Positions 1 to 11,044 of a stretch of DNA of 64,000 nucleotides are shown here, piece after piece (position 1 is the first letter of the stretch; every line of letters starts with the position of its first letter). Source of the stretch: an uncultured Acidobacteriota bacterium. GTDB taxonomy: Bacteria > Acidobacteriota > Thermoanaerobaculia > UBA5066 > Gp7-AA6. Below the pieces are notes generated by a model that was not told where the DNA came from, ran no database searches, and saw nothing but the letters and a program-made list of their open reading frames with translations. The stretch is taken from assembly GCA_963749265.1 (NCBI GenBank), contig CAVVML010000018.1:531683-595682 (forward strand). The letters are read 5' to 3'. Made by a program: the position numbers and the translations under genes.

Positions 1-1840
1 GCTTGGGCGCCGCGTAGTCGAAGCGCAGCCGGTCCGGCGCCACGAGGGAGCCCATCTGCCTCGCCGACGGTCCAAGAACCTTCCGCAACGCGGCGTGAAG
101 AAGGTGCGTGCCGGTGTGGTTCGCCTGGGTGCGGCGCCGGGTCCACTCCGGCACCTCCATGTCGACCGAGGCCCCGAGCTCGAGCCGTCCGGTGCGCACT
201 TCGATGCGATGAGCGATGAGATTGGGCACCGGCTTCTGCACGTCGACGACATCGGCTCCGCCGCCGTCCCAGCGCAGCGTGCCCTTGTCCGCGACCTGGC
301 CGCCGCCCTCGGGATAGAAGACCGTCCGGTCGAAGATGACCTCGCCGCTCTGGCCGGGCTCGAGGAGAGAGGCCTCTCGCCCGTCGCGCACGATCGCGAG
401 CACGCGCGCTCCCCCGAGCTTGACGAAGTCCTGTTCGGGATATCCCCGAAAGACCGAGTGCGGTCCCGGCAGCTCCAAGCGCTCGAAGACGGAGGCGTCG
501 GCGGCGTCGAACTTCTGGGACGCGCGCGAGGCGACCCGCTGCCGCTCCATGGCCTCTTCGAAGCCGGCCCGGTCGACCGCGACACCTTCGTCGCCGGCGA
601 TTTCCTCGATGACCTCGAGCGGGATCCCGTAGGTGTCGTAGAAACGGAACACGGTCTCTCCGGAGAGGGCCGTCGCCCCTTCCCGGCGGAGACGCTCGAT
701 CGCCTCGCCGACGCGGTCGGCACCCTCGGAGAGGGTGCGCCCGAAGCGTTCCTCCTCGGGCTCGAGCACGTCCGCCACCGTCTTCGCGGTCGAGGCCGCC
801 TTTGCCGGCTCGAAGTAGACACCGGCGAAGCCCTCGACGACGACGGGGACGAGGCGATAGAGGAACGAATGTTCGAGGCCCAGCCGGCGACCGTAGCGCA
901 TCGCGCGGCGCAGGATCCGGCGAAGGACGTATCCGCGCCCTTCGTTCGACGGCAGAGCCCCGTCGGCCACCAGCATGGTCGCGGCCCGGACGTGGTCGGC
1001 GATGACGCGGAAGGGCGCGTCTTCGGGCGCCATCCCGCCCCGGTATTTCTGGCCGGAGAGCTCCGCGAGCTTCCGGAGGGTCGGGGCGAAGAGGTCGGTG
1101 TCGAAGTTGTTGTTCGCTCCCTGGAGGATGGCGGTGAGCCTCTCGAGCCCGGCGCCGGTGTCGACCGACGGCCGGGGCAGCGGCGTCATCTTGCCGGAGG
1201 CGTCGCGCTCGAACTGCATGAAGACCAGGTTCCAGATCTCGAGCGTGTCGTCGCCCGGGCCGTTCACGAGCGCCGCCGTGTTCCCCGCGAGATTCGCTCC
1301 CCGGTAGTAGTGCAGCTCCGAGCAGGGGCCGCAGGGGCCGGTCTCCCCCATCGCCCAGAAGTTCTCCTTCTCGCCGAAGCGCAGCACCCGGGACGCCGGC
1401 AGGTGCCGCTCCCAGAGGCGCGCGGCCTCGTCGTCGTCGGTATAGACCGTCGCCCAGAGCCGCTCGGGATCGAGGCCGTAGCCCTCGGAGCCGCGGGCGG
1501 TCACGAGCTCCCAGGCGAAGGCGATGGCTTCGTCCTTGAAGTAGTCGCCGAAGGAGAAGTTGCCGAGCATCTCGAAGAAGGTGTGATGGCGGCCGGTGTA
1601 GCCTACGTTGTCGAGGTCGTTGTGCTTTCCCCCGGCCCGCACGCACTTCTGGGCCGTCGTCGCGCGCGTGTAGTCCCGCTTCTCGCGGCCGGTGAAGACG
1701 TCCTTGAACTGGTTCATCCCGGCGTTCGTGAAGAGGAGCGTCGGATCCTCCGCCGGGATGAGCGAGGACGAGGGAACGCGGCGGTGGCCGCGCTTCTCGA
1801 AGTAGCCCAGGAATCGTTCGCGAACTTCAGTCGACTGCAT
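1..1840 (-). CDS. alaS: Alanyl-tRNA synthetase, N-terminal ~613 aa. The gene continues beyond the left edge of the window.
   Basis: The reverse-strand translation begins MQSTEVRERFLGYFEKRGHRRVPSSSLIPAEDPTLLFTNAGMNQFKDVF and, at the window edge, reads HLLHAALRKVLGPSARQMGSLVAPDRLRFDYAAPK. These match the AlaS catalytic and editing-domain motifs. The plus-strand ORF 95..1855 is a GC shadow ORF. Confidence 0.9.
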   Translation of the reverse strand, partial: MQSTEVRERFLGYFEKRGHRRVPSSSLIPAEDPTLLFTNAGMNQFKDVFTGREKRDYTRATTAQKCVRAGGKHNDLDNVGYTGRHHTFFEMLGNFSFGDYFKDEAIAFAWELVTARGSEGYGLDPERLWATVYTDDDEAARLWERHLPASRVLRFGEKENFWAMGETGPCGPCSELHYYRGANLAGNTAALVNGPGDDTLEIWNLVFMQFERDASGKMTPLPRPSVDTGAGLERLTAILQGANNNFDTDLFAPTLRKLAELSGQKYRGGMAPEDAPFRVIADHVRAATMLVADGALPSNEGRGYVLRRILRRAMRYGRRLGLEHSFLYRLVPVVVEGFAGVYFEPAKAASTAKTVADVLEPEEERFGRTLSEGADRVGEAIERLRREGATALSGETVFRFYDTYGIPLEVIEEIAGDEGVAVDRAGFEEAMERQRVASRASQKFDAADASVFERLELPGPHSVFRGYPEQDFVKLGGARVLAIVRDGREASLLEPGQSGEVIFDRTVFYPEGGGQVADKGTLRWDGGGADVVDVQKPVPNLIAHRIEVRTGRLELGASVDMEVPEWTRRRTQANHTGTHLLHAALRKVLGPSARQMGSLVAPDRLRFDYAAPK

Positions 1841-2315
1841 ACCCGTTTCGGATGATGTCAGAAATCTTCTCGGCCGGAAAACCGCGGCGCGTCAGCGCGT
1901 CGAAGACCCGGCGCCGTCGCAGCGGCGGCGCGAGATGCGCGCGGGCATTCCAGAGTCTCTCGAACGCTTTCCGCAGGGCTTCGTCTTCCCGGGTCGAGGC
2001 GCCTTCCGCCTCCAGGGCCGCGGCGATCGTCTCCTTCGAAAAGCCCCGGGCGCGAAGCTCGCGCTCGACCCGGCCGCGCCCGTGGCGGGCGCCCCGCGTC
2101 CGCACGGCCGAGCGCGCGGCCGAAAGGTCGTCGAGGAGGCCCGCCGTCTCGAGGCGCTCGACCGCCTCCGCGATCGCCTCCGCCGAGAAGCCTCGATCCT
2201 TCAGGGCCCGGGCCAGCTCGGCGCGCCCGCGGGCGCGAATGGAGAGAAGGCGGAGCGCCCGCTCGCGCGCGGCGGCTCCGGATCCGGGCTCCCGGGGGCT
2301 CGACCTCCGCTCGCG
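1827..2315 (-). CDS. recX: RecX regulatory protein. The start is uncertain because no canonical start codon lies upstream of the GTG at 2105.
   Basis: Translation ...ERALRLLSIRARGRAELARALKDRGFSAEAIAEAVERLETAGLLDD...RELRARGFSKETIAAALEAEGAS...RRGFPAEKISDIIRNGYAVD shows the RecX three-repeat architecture. There is an in-frame stop at 2316. The 3' end overlaps the alaS start by 14 nt. Confidence 0.75.
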   Translation of the reverse strand, partial: RERRSSPREPGSGAAARERALRLLSIRARGRAELARALKDRGFSAEAIAEAVERLETAGLLDDLSAARSAVRTRGARHGRGRVERELRARGFSKETIAAALEAEGASTREDEALRKAFERLWNARAHLAPPLRRRRVFDALTRRGFPAEKISDIIRNGYAVD

Positions 2316-2324
2316 TCCGCCCGT

Positions 2325-3515
2325 CTAGGTTCTTCCCTGGGGCGTCTGGTTGGAGAAGTCGAAGGGCGACTCCTCCGGCATCGGGTTGAAGTCCGAGGGC
2401 GCCTCGAGGGCCGAGTCCATCTCCTCGCGGGCCAGGTCGGAGGTCGACTGGATGCCCTGGATCTTGAGCTTGAACTCGTTCGGGTTCGTCGCGCGCTTGA
2501 GGGCTTCCTCGAGCGTGATGAGGCCCGACTTGTACAGGCTGTAGAGCGACTGGTCGAAGGTCTGCATCCCGTACTGCGACGTGCCCTGCTGGATCGCGTC
2601 CTTGATGTACTTGGTCTTTTCCTTGTTCTCGATGCACTCGCGGACGTAGTTCGTCCGGATGAGGATCTCCGCCGCGGGCACGCGGCCGAGGCCGTCGGCG
2701 CGCGGCATGAGGCGCAGGGAGACGGCGGCCTTGAGCACAGCGCCGAGCTGCAGGCGGATCTGCTTCTGCTGGTGCGGCGGGAACACCGCGATGATGCGGT
2801 TGATGGTCTCGGTGGCATCCAGGGTGTGCAGCGTCGAGAAGACCAGGTGGCCCGTCTCGGCCGCCGTCAGGGCCGTCTCGATCGTCTCGTAGTCGCGCAT
2901 TTCGCCGACGAGGATGACGTCGGGGTCCTGGCGCAGGGCGCTTCGCAGGGCGAGGGAGAAGCCCTTGGTGTCGACGTCGACCTCGCGCTGGTTGACGATC
3001 GACTTCTTGTCGCGGTGCAGGAACTCGATCGGATCTTCGATCGTCATGACGTGCTCGTTGCGGGTCGCGTTGATGTGGTCGATCATCGCGGCGAGCGTCG
3101 TCGACTTGCCCGAGCCCGTCGTGCCGGTGCAGAGCACCAGGCCCCGCTGCTCGAGACAGATCTTCTCGAGAACGGGCGGCAGCAGGAGCTCCTTGATCGT
3201 CAGGATCTTGGCCGGAATGACGCGCAGGACCAGGCCGACGGTGCCCCGCTGCTGGAAGATGTTGCAGCGGAAACGGCCCAGGTTCGGGACGTTGTAGGCG
3301 ATGTCGATCTCGAAGTTGTTCTTGAACTTCTCTTTCTGACGGGCCGACATGATCGAGAACGCCATCGCGATCGTGTCTTCCTGCATCAGCCGCCGCATGT
3401 CGGCCAGCGGCAGGAGCGTTCCGTCGACGCGGATGACCGGAAACGCGCCGACTTTCAAGTGCAGGTCGGACGCCTTCCGCTCGACCGCAATCTTCAGCAG
3501 ATCGTTGATATGCAT
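2325..3515 (-). CDS. pilT: Type IV pilus retraction ATPase PilT.
   Basis: Intact 396-aa ORF with the Walker A motif GTTGSGKSTTLAAMIDHIN and the PilT-family motifs VILVGEMRDYETIETALTAAETGHLVFSTLHT and AVFPPHQQKQIR. Confidence 0.92.
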   Translation of the reverse strand: MHINDLLKIAVERKASDLHLKVGAFPVIRVDGTLLPLADMRRLMQEDTIAMAFSIMSARQKEKFKNNFEIDIAYNVPNLGRFRCNIFQQRGTVGLVLRVIPAKILTIKELLLPPVLEKICLEQRGLVLCTGTTGSGKSTTLAAMIDHINATRNEHVMTIEDPIEFLHRDKKSIVNQREVDVDTKGFSLALRSALRQDPDVILVGEMRDYETIETALTAAETGHLVFSTLHTLDATETINRIIAVFPPHQQKQIRLQLGAVLKAAVSLRLMPRADGLGRVPAAEILIRTNYVRECIENKEKTKYIKDAIQQGTSQYGMQTFDQSLYSLYKSGLITLEEALKRATNPNEFKLKIQGIQSTSDLAREEMDSALEAPSDFNPMPEESPFDFSNQTPQGRT

Positions 3516-3669
3516 TGGTTTGTGTCCTCGATTGGAGGCTAGATTACGCTCGTTGAGAGGGGAAAGAAAGCCGTCCGCGCCTGGAGTTCAGCTGTCAGCC
3601 GGACCGCGCCCCGGCCGAACGGCCACTTCTAACGTATTGAGCGGATAGCCGATAGCCGACGGCGGACAG

Positions 3670-4611
3670 TCAGCGCACCGCCGCCTCGACCGGCAGCGGC
3701 GTCAGCCACCCGTAGCGATCCGGAGCCTCGCCCCGGATGAGCTCGAAGAAGTCTTTCTGGAGGCGCTCGGTGACCGGTCCCCGCCGTCCGGCGCCCACGG
3801 CGATGTGGTCGACCGATCGGATGGGCGTGATCTCGGCGGCCGTGCCCGTGAAGAACACTTCGTCGGCGATGTAGAGCATTTCCCGGGCGATCTGTTGCTC
3901 GACGACGGTGAAGCCGGCGTCCCGGGCGAGCGTCATGATCGAGTCGCGCGTAATGCCGGGAAGGATGGTGCCCGCGAGCGGCGGGGTCAGAAGGCGCCCG
4001 CCGTAGACGACGAAGATGTTCTCCCCGCTGCCTTCGGACACCCGGCCCGCGTTGTCGAGCGCGATGCCCTCGGTGAAGCCGTTCGTCACGGCCTCCATCT
4101 TGATCAGGGCGGAATTGAGATAGTTGCCGGTGGCCTTCGCCATGGCCGGGAAGGTGTTGGGAGCCATGCGGTTCCAGGAGGACACGCAGACGTCGACGCC
4201 CTGCTCGAGGGCCTCTTCGCCGAGGTACTTACCCCACCGCCAGACCGCGATCATCACGTCGACCGGGCTGTGGAACGGGTTGACGCCGAGGGCACCGAGG
4301 CCGCGGTAGATGACGGGCCGGATATAGCACTCGTCGTACCCGTTGGCCCGGATGGTTTCGACGATGGCCTCCTTGAACTCGGCCATCGACAGCGACACGT
4401 CCATCCGGTAGACCTTGCAGGAGTCGTAGAGGCGCTTGATGTGCTCGTCGAGCCGGAAGAAGGCCGACCCATGGCGGTTCTTGTACAGCCGGGCGCCTTC
4501 GAACATCGCCGAGCCGTAGTGGAAAACGTGCGAGAACGCGTGGATCTTCGCGTCGGCGAAGTCCACGAGCCGCCCGTTCATCCAGACTTTCTTGACGTCC
4601 TCGTACGACAT
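3670..4611 (-). CDS. ilvE: Branched-chain amino acid aminotransferase.
   Basis: 313 aa starting at the ATG at 4609-4611 ([43 protein letters not shown]). It aligns end to end with fold-type IV IlvE. The upstream extension of ORF 3670..5478 is Arg/Gly-rich GC junk. Confidence 0.9.
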   Translation of the reverse strand: MSYEDVKKVWMNGRLVDFADAKIHAFSHVFHYGSAMFEGARLYKNRHGSAFFRLDEHIKRLYDSCKVYRMDVSLSMAEFKEAIVETIRANGYDECYIRPVIYRGLGALGVNPFHSPVDVMIAVWRWGKYLGEEALEQGVDVCVSSWNRMAPNTFPAMAKATGNYLNSALIKMEAVTNGFTEGIALDNAGRVSEGSGENIFVVYGGRLLTPPLAGTILPGITRDSIMTLARDAGFTVVEQQIAREMLYIADEVFFTGTAAEITPIRSVDHIAVGAGRRGPVTERLQKDFFELIRGEAPDRYGWLTPLPVEAAVR

Positions 4612-5405
4612 GGGGACCTCCGCCAGTTCGCTTCGCCCTTCCGGGATGCGACCGCGAGTATTGACCCAACCCGTGGGGGTGTCAATCCGAGCCGCGCGCC
4701 CGCAGCGAGGGCCGACCGAACCAGAGCGAGTCCGGCGACCGCGGCGGTCTCGGCCCGAAGTTTTCCCGATGCGAGCGAGGCCGCAACCCAACCGGCGGCG
4801 AGCGCCGCGGCGTGCTCGCCATCGCTCCATCCGCCCTCGGGCCCGATCAGCAGAGCCGTGTCCCGGAGCGGAAGCGCCGCCGGAAGCGGCTCGCCGCGCG
4901 GGTCGAGAAGAAAGCGCTGGACTCCTTCGAACCGTGAGAGCGCCGAAGAGAACGCCACGGGGCCGTCGATCCCGGGCCAGCGCGCCCGCTCGGATTGCTC
5001 CGCGGCCTCTTCGACGACGCGGCGGAGCCGCGGGACGAGCCCGGCGCCGGCCCGCGGCCTCTGTGTGCGCTCGCTGACCACGAGGACGAGCGACGACGCT
5101 CCGAGCTCGGTCGCCTTCTCGGCGATCCAGGCGAGCCGCTCGGGGCGGACGGCCGCGACGCAGAGGTGGACGGCCGGCAGATCCTCGGGCGGGACGTGCG
5201 AGAGGCGCTCGATCGCGATCGTCACGCGGTCGCGCGCGACCGCGGTGACATGGCCCGAGGCTTCGGCGCCGCTTCCGTCGACGAGGACGATTGCGTCTCC
5301 CGCGGCCATTCGACGCGCGCGGGCGTGCGCCGCCTTCTCGCGTCCGAGGACGCAGGATCCTCCGGCGGACGGCAGGCTCTCGACTACGAAGCGCGCGCCA
5401 GACAC
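4578..5405 (-). CDS. rsmE: 16S rRNA (uracil1498-N3)-methyltransferase RsmE. The start is a GTG.
   Basis: [45 protein letters not shown]...[13 protein letters not shown] matches the RsmE consensus (RFFV...GD.I.LFDG.G and the C-terminal PEGG). GTG is at 5403-5405. Confidence 0.8.
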   Translation of the reverse strand: MSGARFVVESLPSAGGSCVLGREKAAHARARRMAAGDAIVLVDGSGAEASGHVTAVARDRVTIAIERLSHVPPEDLPAVHLCVAAVRPERLAWIAEKATELGASSLVLVVSERTQRPRAGAGLVPRLRRVVEEAAEQSERARWPGIDGPVAFSSALSRFEGVQRFLLDPRGEPLPAALPLRDTALLIGPEGGWSDGEHAAALAAGWVAASLASGKLRAETAAVAGLALVRSALAAGARLGLTPPRVGSILAVASRKGEANWRRSPCRTRTSRKSG

Positions 5406-6229
5406 AGGCAGACCCACTCTTTCTCGGACCGGCGGCCCGCGAGCTTCCACCGCCGGCCTCGGAGCTTCCCGAGGACATCCTTCTCGCGCTCGCGCGTCAC
5501 GCCCGAAAGAAGGATTCGACCCGAGCGTCCGGCGCGCGCCAGGATCCGCGTCGCCTCCGGAAGGATCTCGTCGGCCAGCATGTTCGCGAGCACCAGGTCG
5601 AAGCCGCCCCGCGCGGCCGCGAGGGGTCCCGCGTAGAGACGCACCCTCGCGCCGAAGGGATGACGCCGCAGGTTCTCCCGCGCCACGAAGATCGCCTCCG
5701 CGTCGGTGTCGAGGCCGACGGCGACGCGTGCGCCCAGCGCCGCGGCGGCCAGGGCCAGGACGCCCGAACCCGTGCCGACGTCGAGCACCGAACGACCCTC
5801 GATCGCTTCTTCCTCGAGCGCGAGAAGGGCGAGGCGCGTCGAAGCATGCTCGCCGGTGCCGAATGCGCGAGAGGCCGGCAGCCGCAGCGCGATGCGCCCC
5901 TTCGGCGGCTCGGCGTCGCTCGGATCGCCGGGGTCGATCCAGAGTCTCCGGCCCACGGTGAAAGTGCGAGAGGCGGCCCGGAACGCTTCGAGCGGATCCC
6001 CTTCGGCAATGTCGGTCGTCAGGGCGTGCTTGATGCCGCGCGAGCGAAGAAGCTCCGCGGCCGTGCGGGCCGTGGCCGCCTCCCGGAAGTACGCCACGAG
6101 GTCGTGGCCCTCGCTCTCGAATCCGAGGGGCGCGTGGAGCGCCAGGAGGCCGAGCACGGCGTCGTCGCCGGATTTCTTCGGCACGAGCAGGCGGCTGAAG
6201 TGCGCGCGGGCCAGGTGGCCGCCTCTCAG
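5384..6229 (-). CDS. prmA: Ribosomal protein L11 methyltransferase PrmA. The start is uncertain; a candidate GTG at 6184 or a CTG overlaps the dnaJ stop.
   Basis: [86 protein letters not shown] is the PrmA SAM-methyltransferase core. The gene lies directly downstream of dnaJ, as in Firmicutes-type dnaK operons. Confidence 0.85.
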   Translation of the reverse strand: MRGGHLARAHFSRLLVPKKSGDDAVLGLLALHAPLGFESEGHDLVAYFREAATARTAAELLRSRGIKHALTTDIAEGDPLEAFRAASRTFTVGRRLWIDPGDPSDAEPPKGRIALRLPASRAFGTGEHASTRLALLALEEEAIEGRSVLDVGTGSGVLALAAAALGARVAVGLDTDAEAIFVARENLRRHPFGARVRLYAGPLAAARGGFDLVLANMLADEILPEATRILARAGRSGRILLSGVTREREKDVLGKLRGRRWKLAGRRSEKEWVCLCLARAS

Positions 6230-7347
6230 GAGAAAATCTTCTTGGCTTTCCGCTTGAAGAAGACGCTCTTGTCGGACACCGGCGCGCCCACGAGCTCCGC
6301 GTATTTCCGGAGGAGCTCCTTCTCTTCCTTCGACGGCTTGTCGGGCACACGCACGCCGACCTTCAGCACGAGATCGCCTTTGCCGCCGCGGCCCAGCCGC
6401 CCGAATCCCCGCCCGCGGAGCCGGACGTTCGAACCCGAGGCCGTGCCCGCGGCGATCGACACGGTCTCCGTGCCCTCGAGCGTCGGGACTTCGACGTCGC
6501 CGCCCAGCACGAGCGTGGGAAAGGGCAGGTCGAGCCGCAGGATGAGATCGTCGCCCTCGCGCTCGAAGATCTCGTGCTCCGCGATCGTGAGCACGACGTA
6601 GAGGTCGCCCGCGGGGCCGCCGTTCGGGCCCGCGTCTCCTTCCCCGGTGAGCCGCAGGCGGGTCCCCGTCTCGACACCCGCCGGGATCTTGATCGTCAGC
6701 TCCTTCTTGCCCCGGCGGCGACCTTCCCCGCGACAGCCCGGGCAGGGCTTGTCGATCACGCGTCCGTCTCCGCGGCAGGTCCCGCAGGGCCGCGTGACCG
6801 TCAGGAATCCCTGGGAGAGCCGCTGGCGCCCCGTGCCCCGGCACGCCGGGCAAGTGCGCGGCTGCGTGCCGTCGGCGGCTCCCACACCGCCGCAGTCGCC
6901 GCAGTCCTCGAGCCGCGAGATCGCGATCGGCGCTTCCACGCCGCGCGCGGCGTTCTCGAACGTGATCTCCATCCGGTAGACAAGATCGCTTCCGCCGGCG
7001 GGACCAGAGGCCGCGCCGCCGAAAGCGCCCCCGAACCCGAAGATGCCGTTGAAGAGATCCGAAAAGTCGCCGAAGACCGAGGGGTCGAAACCCTGGAAAC
7101 CGCCGCGTCCTCCGGCTCCCGCTCCGACGCCGGCATGCCCGAACTGGTCGTAGCGCGCCCGCTTCTCGGGATCCGACAGCACGGCGTAGGCCTCGGACGC
7201 CTCGCGGAACTTCTCGGCCGCGTCGGGATTGTTGGGGTTGCGGTCCGGATGGTAGGTCAGCGCGAGCTTGCGATAGGACGACTTGAGCGTGGACTCGTCG
7301 CAGTCGCGCGAAACGGACAGGATTTCGTAGTAGTCGCGTTTGGTCAT
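6226..7347 (-). CDS. dnaJ: Chaperone DnaJ.
   Basis: Intact 373 aa. It has the J domain with YHPDRNP, a G/F-rich region, four CxxCxG zinc-finger repeats (CPACRGTG, CGTCRGDG, CPGCRGEG) and a C-terminal substrate-binding domain. Confidence 0.95.
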   Translation of the reverse strand: MTKRDYYEILSVSRDCDESTLKSSYRKLALTYHPDRNPNNPDAAEKFREASEAYAVLSDPEKRARYDQFGHAGVGAGAGGRGGFQGFDPSVFGDFSDLFNGIFGFGGAFGGAASGPAGGSDLVYRMEITFENAARGVEAPIAISRLEDCGDCGGVGAADGTQPRTCPACRGTGRQRLSQGFLTVTRPCGTCRGDGRVIDKPCPGCRGEGRRRGKKELTIKIPAGVETGTRLRLTGEGDAGPNGGPAGDLYVVLTIAEHEIFEREGDDLILRLDLPFPTLVLGGDVEVPTLEGTETVSIAAGTASGSNVRLRGRGFGRLGRGGKGDLVLKVGVRVPDKPSKEEKELLRKYAELVGAPVSDKSVFFKRKAKKIFS

Positions 7348-7352
7348 GGGAA

Positions 7353-7455
7353 GTTGAGAGTTGAGAGTTGAGGGTTGAGCGTCAAGCCTGGCGAGGTGGG
7401 CATTGCGGTGAAGGAGTCATCATCCACGCTCAACGCTCAACACTCAACACTCGAC
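7353..7455 (-). repeat. dnaK-dnaJ intergenic long hairpin built from tandem GTTGAG and CTCAAC hexamers. It is a candidate attenuator, processing or thermosensing element directly upstream of the dnaJ start.
   Basis: Seen in sequence. The left arm agttgagagttgagagttgagggttgagcgtca (7353-7385) pairs with the right arm gctcaacgctcaacactcaacactcgac (7428-7455) around a ~40-nt loop. It sits between the dnaK stop at 7462 and the dnaJ ATG at 7347. Confidence 0.6.
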
Positions 7456-7461
7456 CCGTCT

Positions 7462-9292
<1,831 letters not shown>

Positions 9293-9316
9293 GCGCCCTC
9301 CTGAATTCCCTGGCTT

Positions 9317-9922
9317 CTACTTCTTGTCCGCCGGCGACTCGTCTTCGGGCGTCGTGCGAACCGCGACCTTCACGAACGACGGCCGGATGAGGCGATCGTT
9401 CAGGAAATAGCCGCGCTGGAGCTCCTCGACAATGGTGTTCGGCGGGACCGTGTCCGTCTTCTCGGTCGCGACCGCCTCGTGCAGATTGGGATCGAACGCC
9501 CCGGACGTGTCGATGGGAATCAGGCCGTAGCGCTTCCAAAGCTCGCCGAGCTGCTTGGCGATGATCGCGATGCCCTGCCCGAAGTCGCTCGTGAGGTCCT
9601 CGGGGCGGGCGTGCGCGAAGGCCCGCTCGAAGTTGTCGAGAATGGGAAGGAAGTCGTGCGCGAACCCGGCGAGGGCGATCTTGAAGTACTCCTGGCGCTC
9701 GCGCTCGCTGCGCTTCTTGTGATTCTCGAACTCGGCGAGCTTGCGGATGTGGCGGTCCTTGAGCTCCTCGATCTCCTTCTGAATGTGGCGGAGCCTGTCC
9801 TCGGCCGCGGCGAGGGCGTTGACCTCCTCCTCGTTCAGCGCGGACTGCAGGGATTCGCCCGAATCCGACACTTCGAGCGTGTCGTCGTCCGGTCTCCGCC
9901 TGTTCCGATCGCGGTCGCTCAT
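9317..9922 (-). CDS. grpE: Nucleotide exchange factor GrpE.
   Basis: Intact 201 aa with AEFENHKKRSERERQE and the C-terminal FDPNLHEAV...GYFLNDRLIRPSFVKV GrpE motifs. Confidence 0.93.
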   Translation of the reverse strand: MSDRDRNRRRPDDDTLEVSDSGESLQSALNEEEVNALAAAEDRLRHIQKEIEELKDRHIRKLAEFENHKKRSERERQEYFKIALAGFAHDFLPILDNFERAFAHARPEDLTSDFGQGIAIIAKQLGELWKRYGLIPIDTSGAFDPNLHEAVATEKTDTVPPNTIVEELQRGYFLNDRLIRPSFVKVAVRTTPEDESPADKK

Positions 9923-10980
9923 TCGGAGCGATCCTCCTTCTGGCGCTCGTCCCTGCGGTCGAGCCGATCCGAGACGGCCCGGCCAAGCAGGTCGACAACG
10001 GGGATGACCCGGGTGTATTCCCGGCGCGCGGGTCCGATGACTCCCAGCATTCCCGTCAGTGTCTCTCCCGTGCCATAAGAGGTCAAGACGGCCGAGAGCT
10101 TCGGGTCCACGGAGCGGTCGTCCTCGGAGCCCAGGATCACGCTCGTGCCGGGGGAATCGAGGTAACGGGAGACGAGCTCCAGCACCCGGACTTTTTCGTC
10201 AAACGCCTGGAAGATCCGGCGGATCGAGTACAGGTCGGAGAACTCGGGCTTTTCCAGAAGACGGGCCGTGCCGTCATAGAAGAGCCGGTCCTCGCCGTCC
10301 TTGCGGTCGAAGGCCTGGCGAGCGAGGGCAGCGACCCGGCCGATCCGGTCCGCTTCCGCGCGTTCGCGCTCCACGGCCGCGGCGAGGCGGCGCCGCACTT
10401 CGTGCAGCGTCAGGCCGCCGTATTCGCGCGTCAGCCTCTCGGAGAGGGCGTCCAGCTCGGCCGGCGAGAAGCTCGTCTCGGTCTCGAGCACCCGCGAGAT
10501 CACGACGTCGGGCTCATGGACCTGGACGCAGAGGATCTTGCCCGGCGCGACCGCCAGAAAGCGCAGGCTCTTGACGACCGTATGGAGAGCGTCGGGCGCG
10601 ACGACGAACCCGACCTCGCCCGAAAGCTGCGAAAGCAGGCGTGACGCCGCCGTGAAGAGCCGGCTGACGTCGCCCCCGGCCGAATCCAGGTCGGAGTCGA
10701 CCTGCTCGCGGACCTCATCGCCGACCTTCCGCTGCCGCATGAGCTCGTCGATGTAGACGCGGTAGGCGCGATCGGTCGGGACACGGCCCGCCGAAGTGTG
10801 CGGCTGGGCCAGGAAGCCCGAGTCCGTCAGGTCGGCCATGATGTTGCGGATCGAGGCCGGCGACAGGCCGAAGCGGTTCGACTTGAAGAGCGTCCGCGAA
10901 GACACCGGGAGTCCCGTGTCGACGTGGACGCGGATGATCTCCTTCAGGATCGCGCGGCTTCGGGCTTCGAGTGTCGGCAT
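9919..10980 (-). CDS. hrcA: Heat-inducible transcription repressor HrcA.
   Basis: Intact 353 aa: MPTLEARSRAILKEIIRVHVDTGLPVSSRTL (winged helix-turn-helix) plus a C-terminal HrcA domain. It overlaps the grpE start by 4 nt. Confidence 0.92.
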   Translation of the reverse strand: MPTLEARSRAILKEIIRVHVDTGLPVSSRTLFKSNRFGLSPASIRNIMADLTDSGFLAQPHTSAGRVPTDRAYRVYIDELMRQRKVGDEVREQVDSDLDSAGGDVSRLFTAASRLLSQLSGEVGFVVAPDALHTVVKSLRFLAVAPGKILCVQVHEPDVVISRVLETETSFSPAELDALSERLTREYGGLTLHEVRRRLAAAVERERAEADRIGRVAALARQAFDRKDGEDRLFYDGTARLLEKPEFSDLYSIRRIFQAFDEKVRVLELVSRYLDSPGTSVILGSEDDRSVDPKLSAVLTSYGTGETLTGMLGVIGPARREYTRVIPVVDLLGRAVSDRLDRRDERQKEDRSE

Positions 10981-11017
10981 GGGATTTTGGGCTACGGCTC
11001 CGGCTTTGGCTTTGGCT

Positions 11018-11044
11018 TTGGCAGTCGCGTTGAGAGAGTGCTAA
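11018..11044 (-). promoter_or_regulatory. CIRCE-like operator (imperfect inverted repeat). A candidate extended -10 (TGgTATCAT) for hrcA lies just upstream of it on the minus strand.
   Basis: The plus strand reads TTGGCAGTC-gcgttgaga-GAGTGCTAA. This matches the CIRCE consensus TTAGCACTC-N9-GAGTGCTAA at 7/9 plus 9/9 positions with the correct 9-nt spacer. It lies 38 bp upstream of the hrcA ATG. On the minus strand, ...tttttggtatcattagcactc provides the TGn-TATCAT -10 overlapping the operator, as in Bacillus hrcA promoters. Confidence 0.75.

Noticed and set aside
95-1855. Long ORFs with Arg/Pro/Gly-rich translations on the strand opposite real genes: 95..1855+, 3805..5961+, 7680..9998-, 10798..12024+ (partly), 12713..15811+ (partly), 15808..19032+ (partly), 37082..38101+, 41496..43118+, 54090..57311- (partly), and others.
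   Set aside because: In ~70% GC DNA, stop codons are rare in every frame. These translations have the low-complexity R/P/G/A composition of out-of-frame GC-rich sequence. In each case a clear homologue is encoded on the other strand or in another frame.
11002-11019. (GGCTTT)x3-4 microsatellite considered as a possible CRISPR or regulatory array.
   Set aside because: It is only ~20 bp with no spacers. It is a simple tandem hexamer upstream of the CIRCE site.
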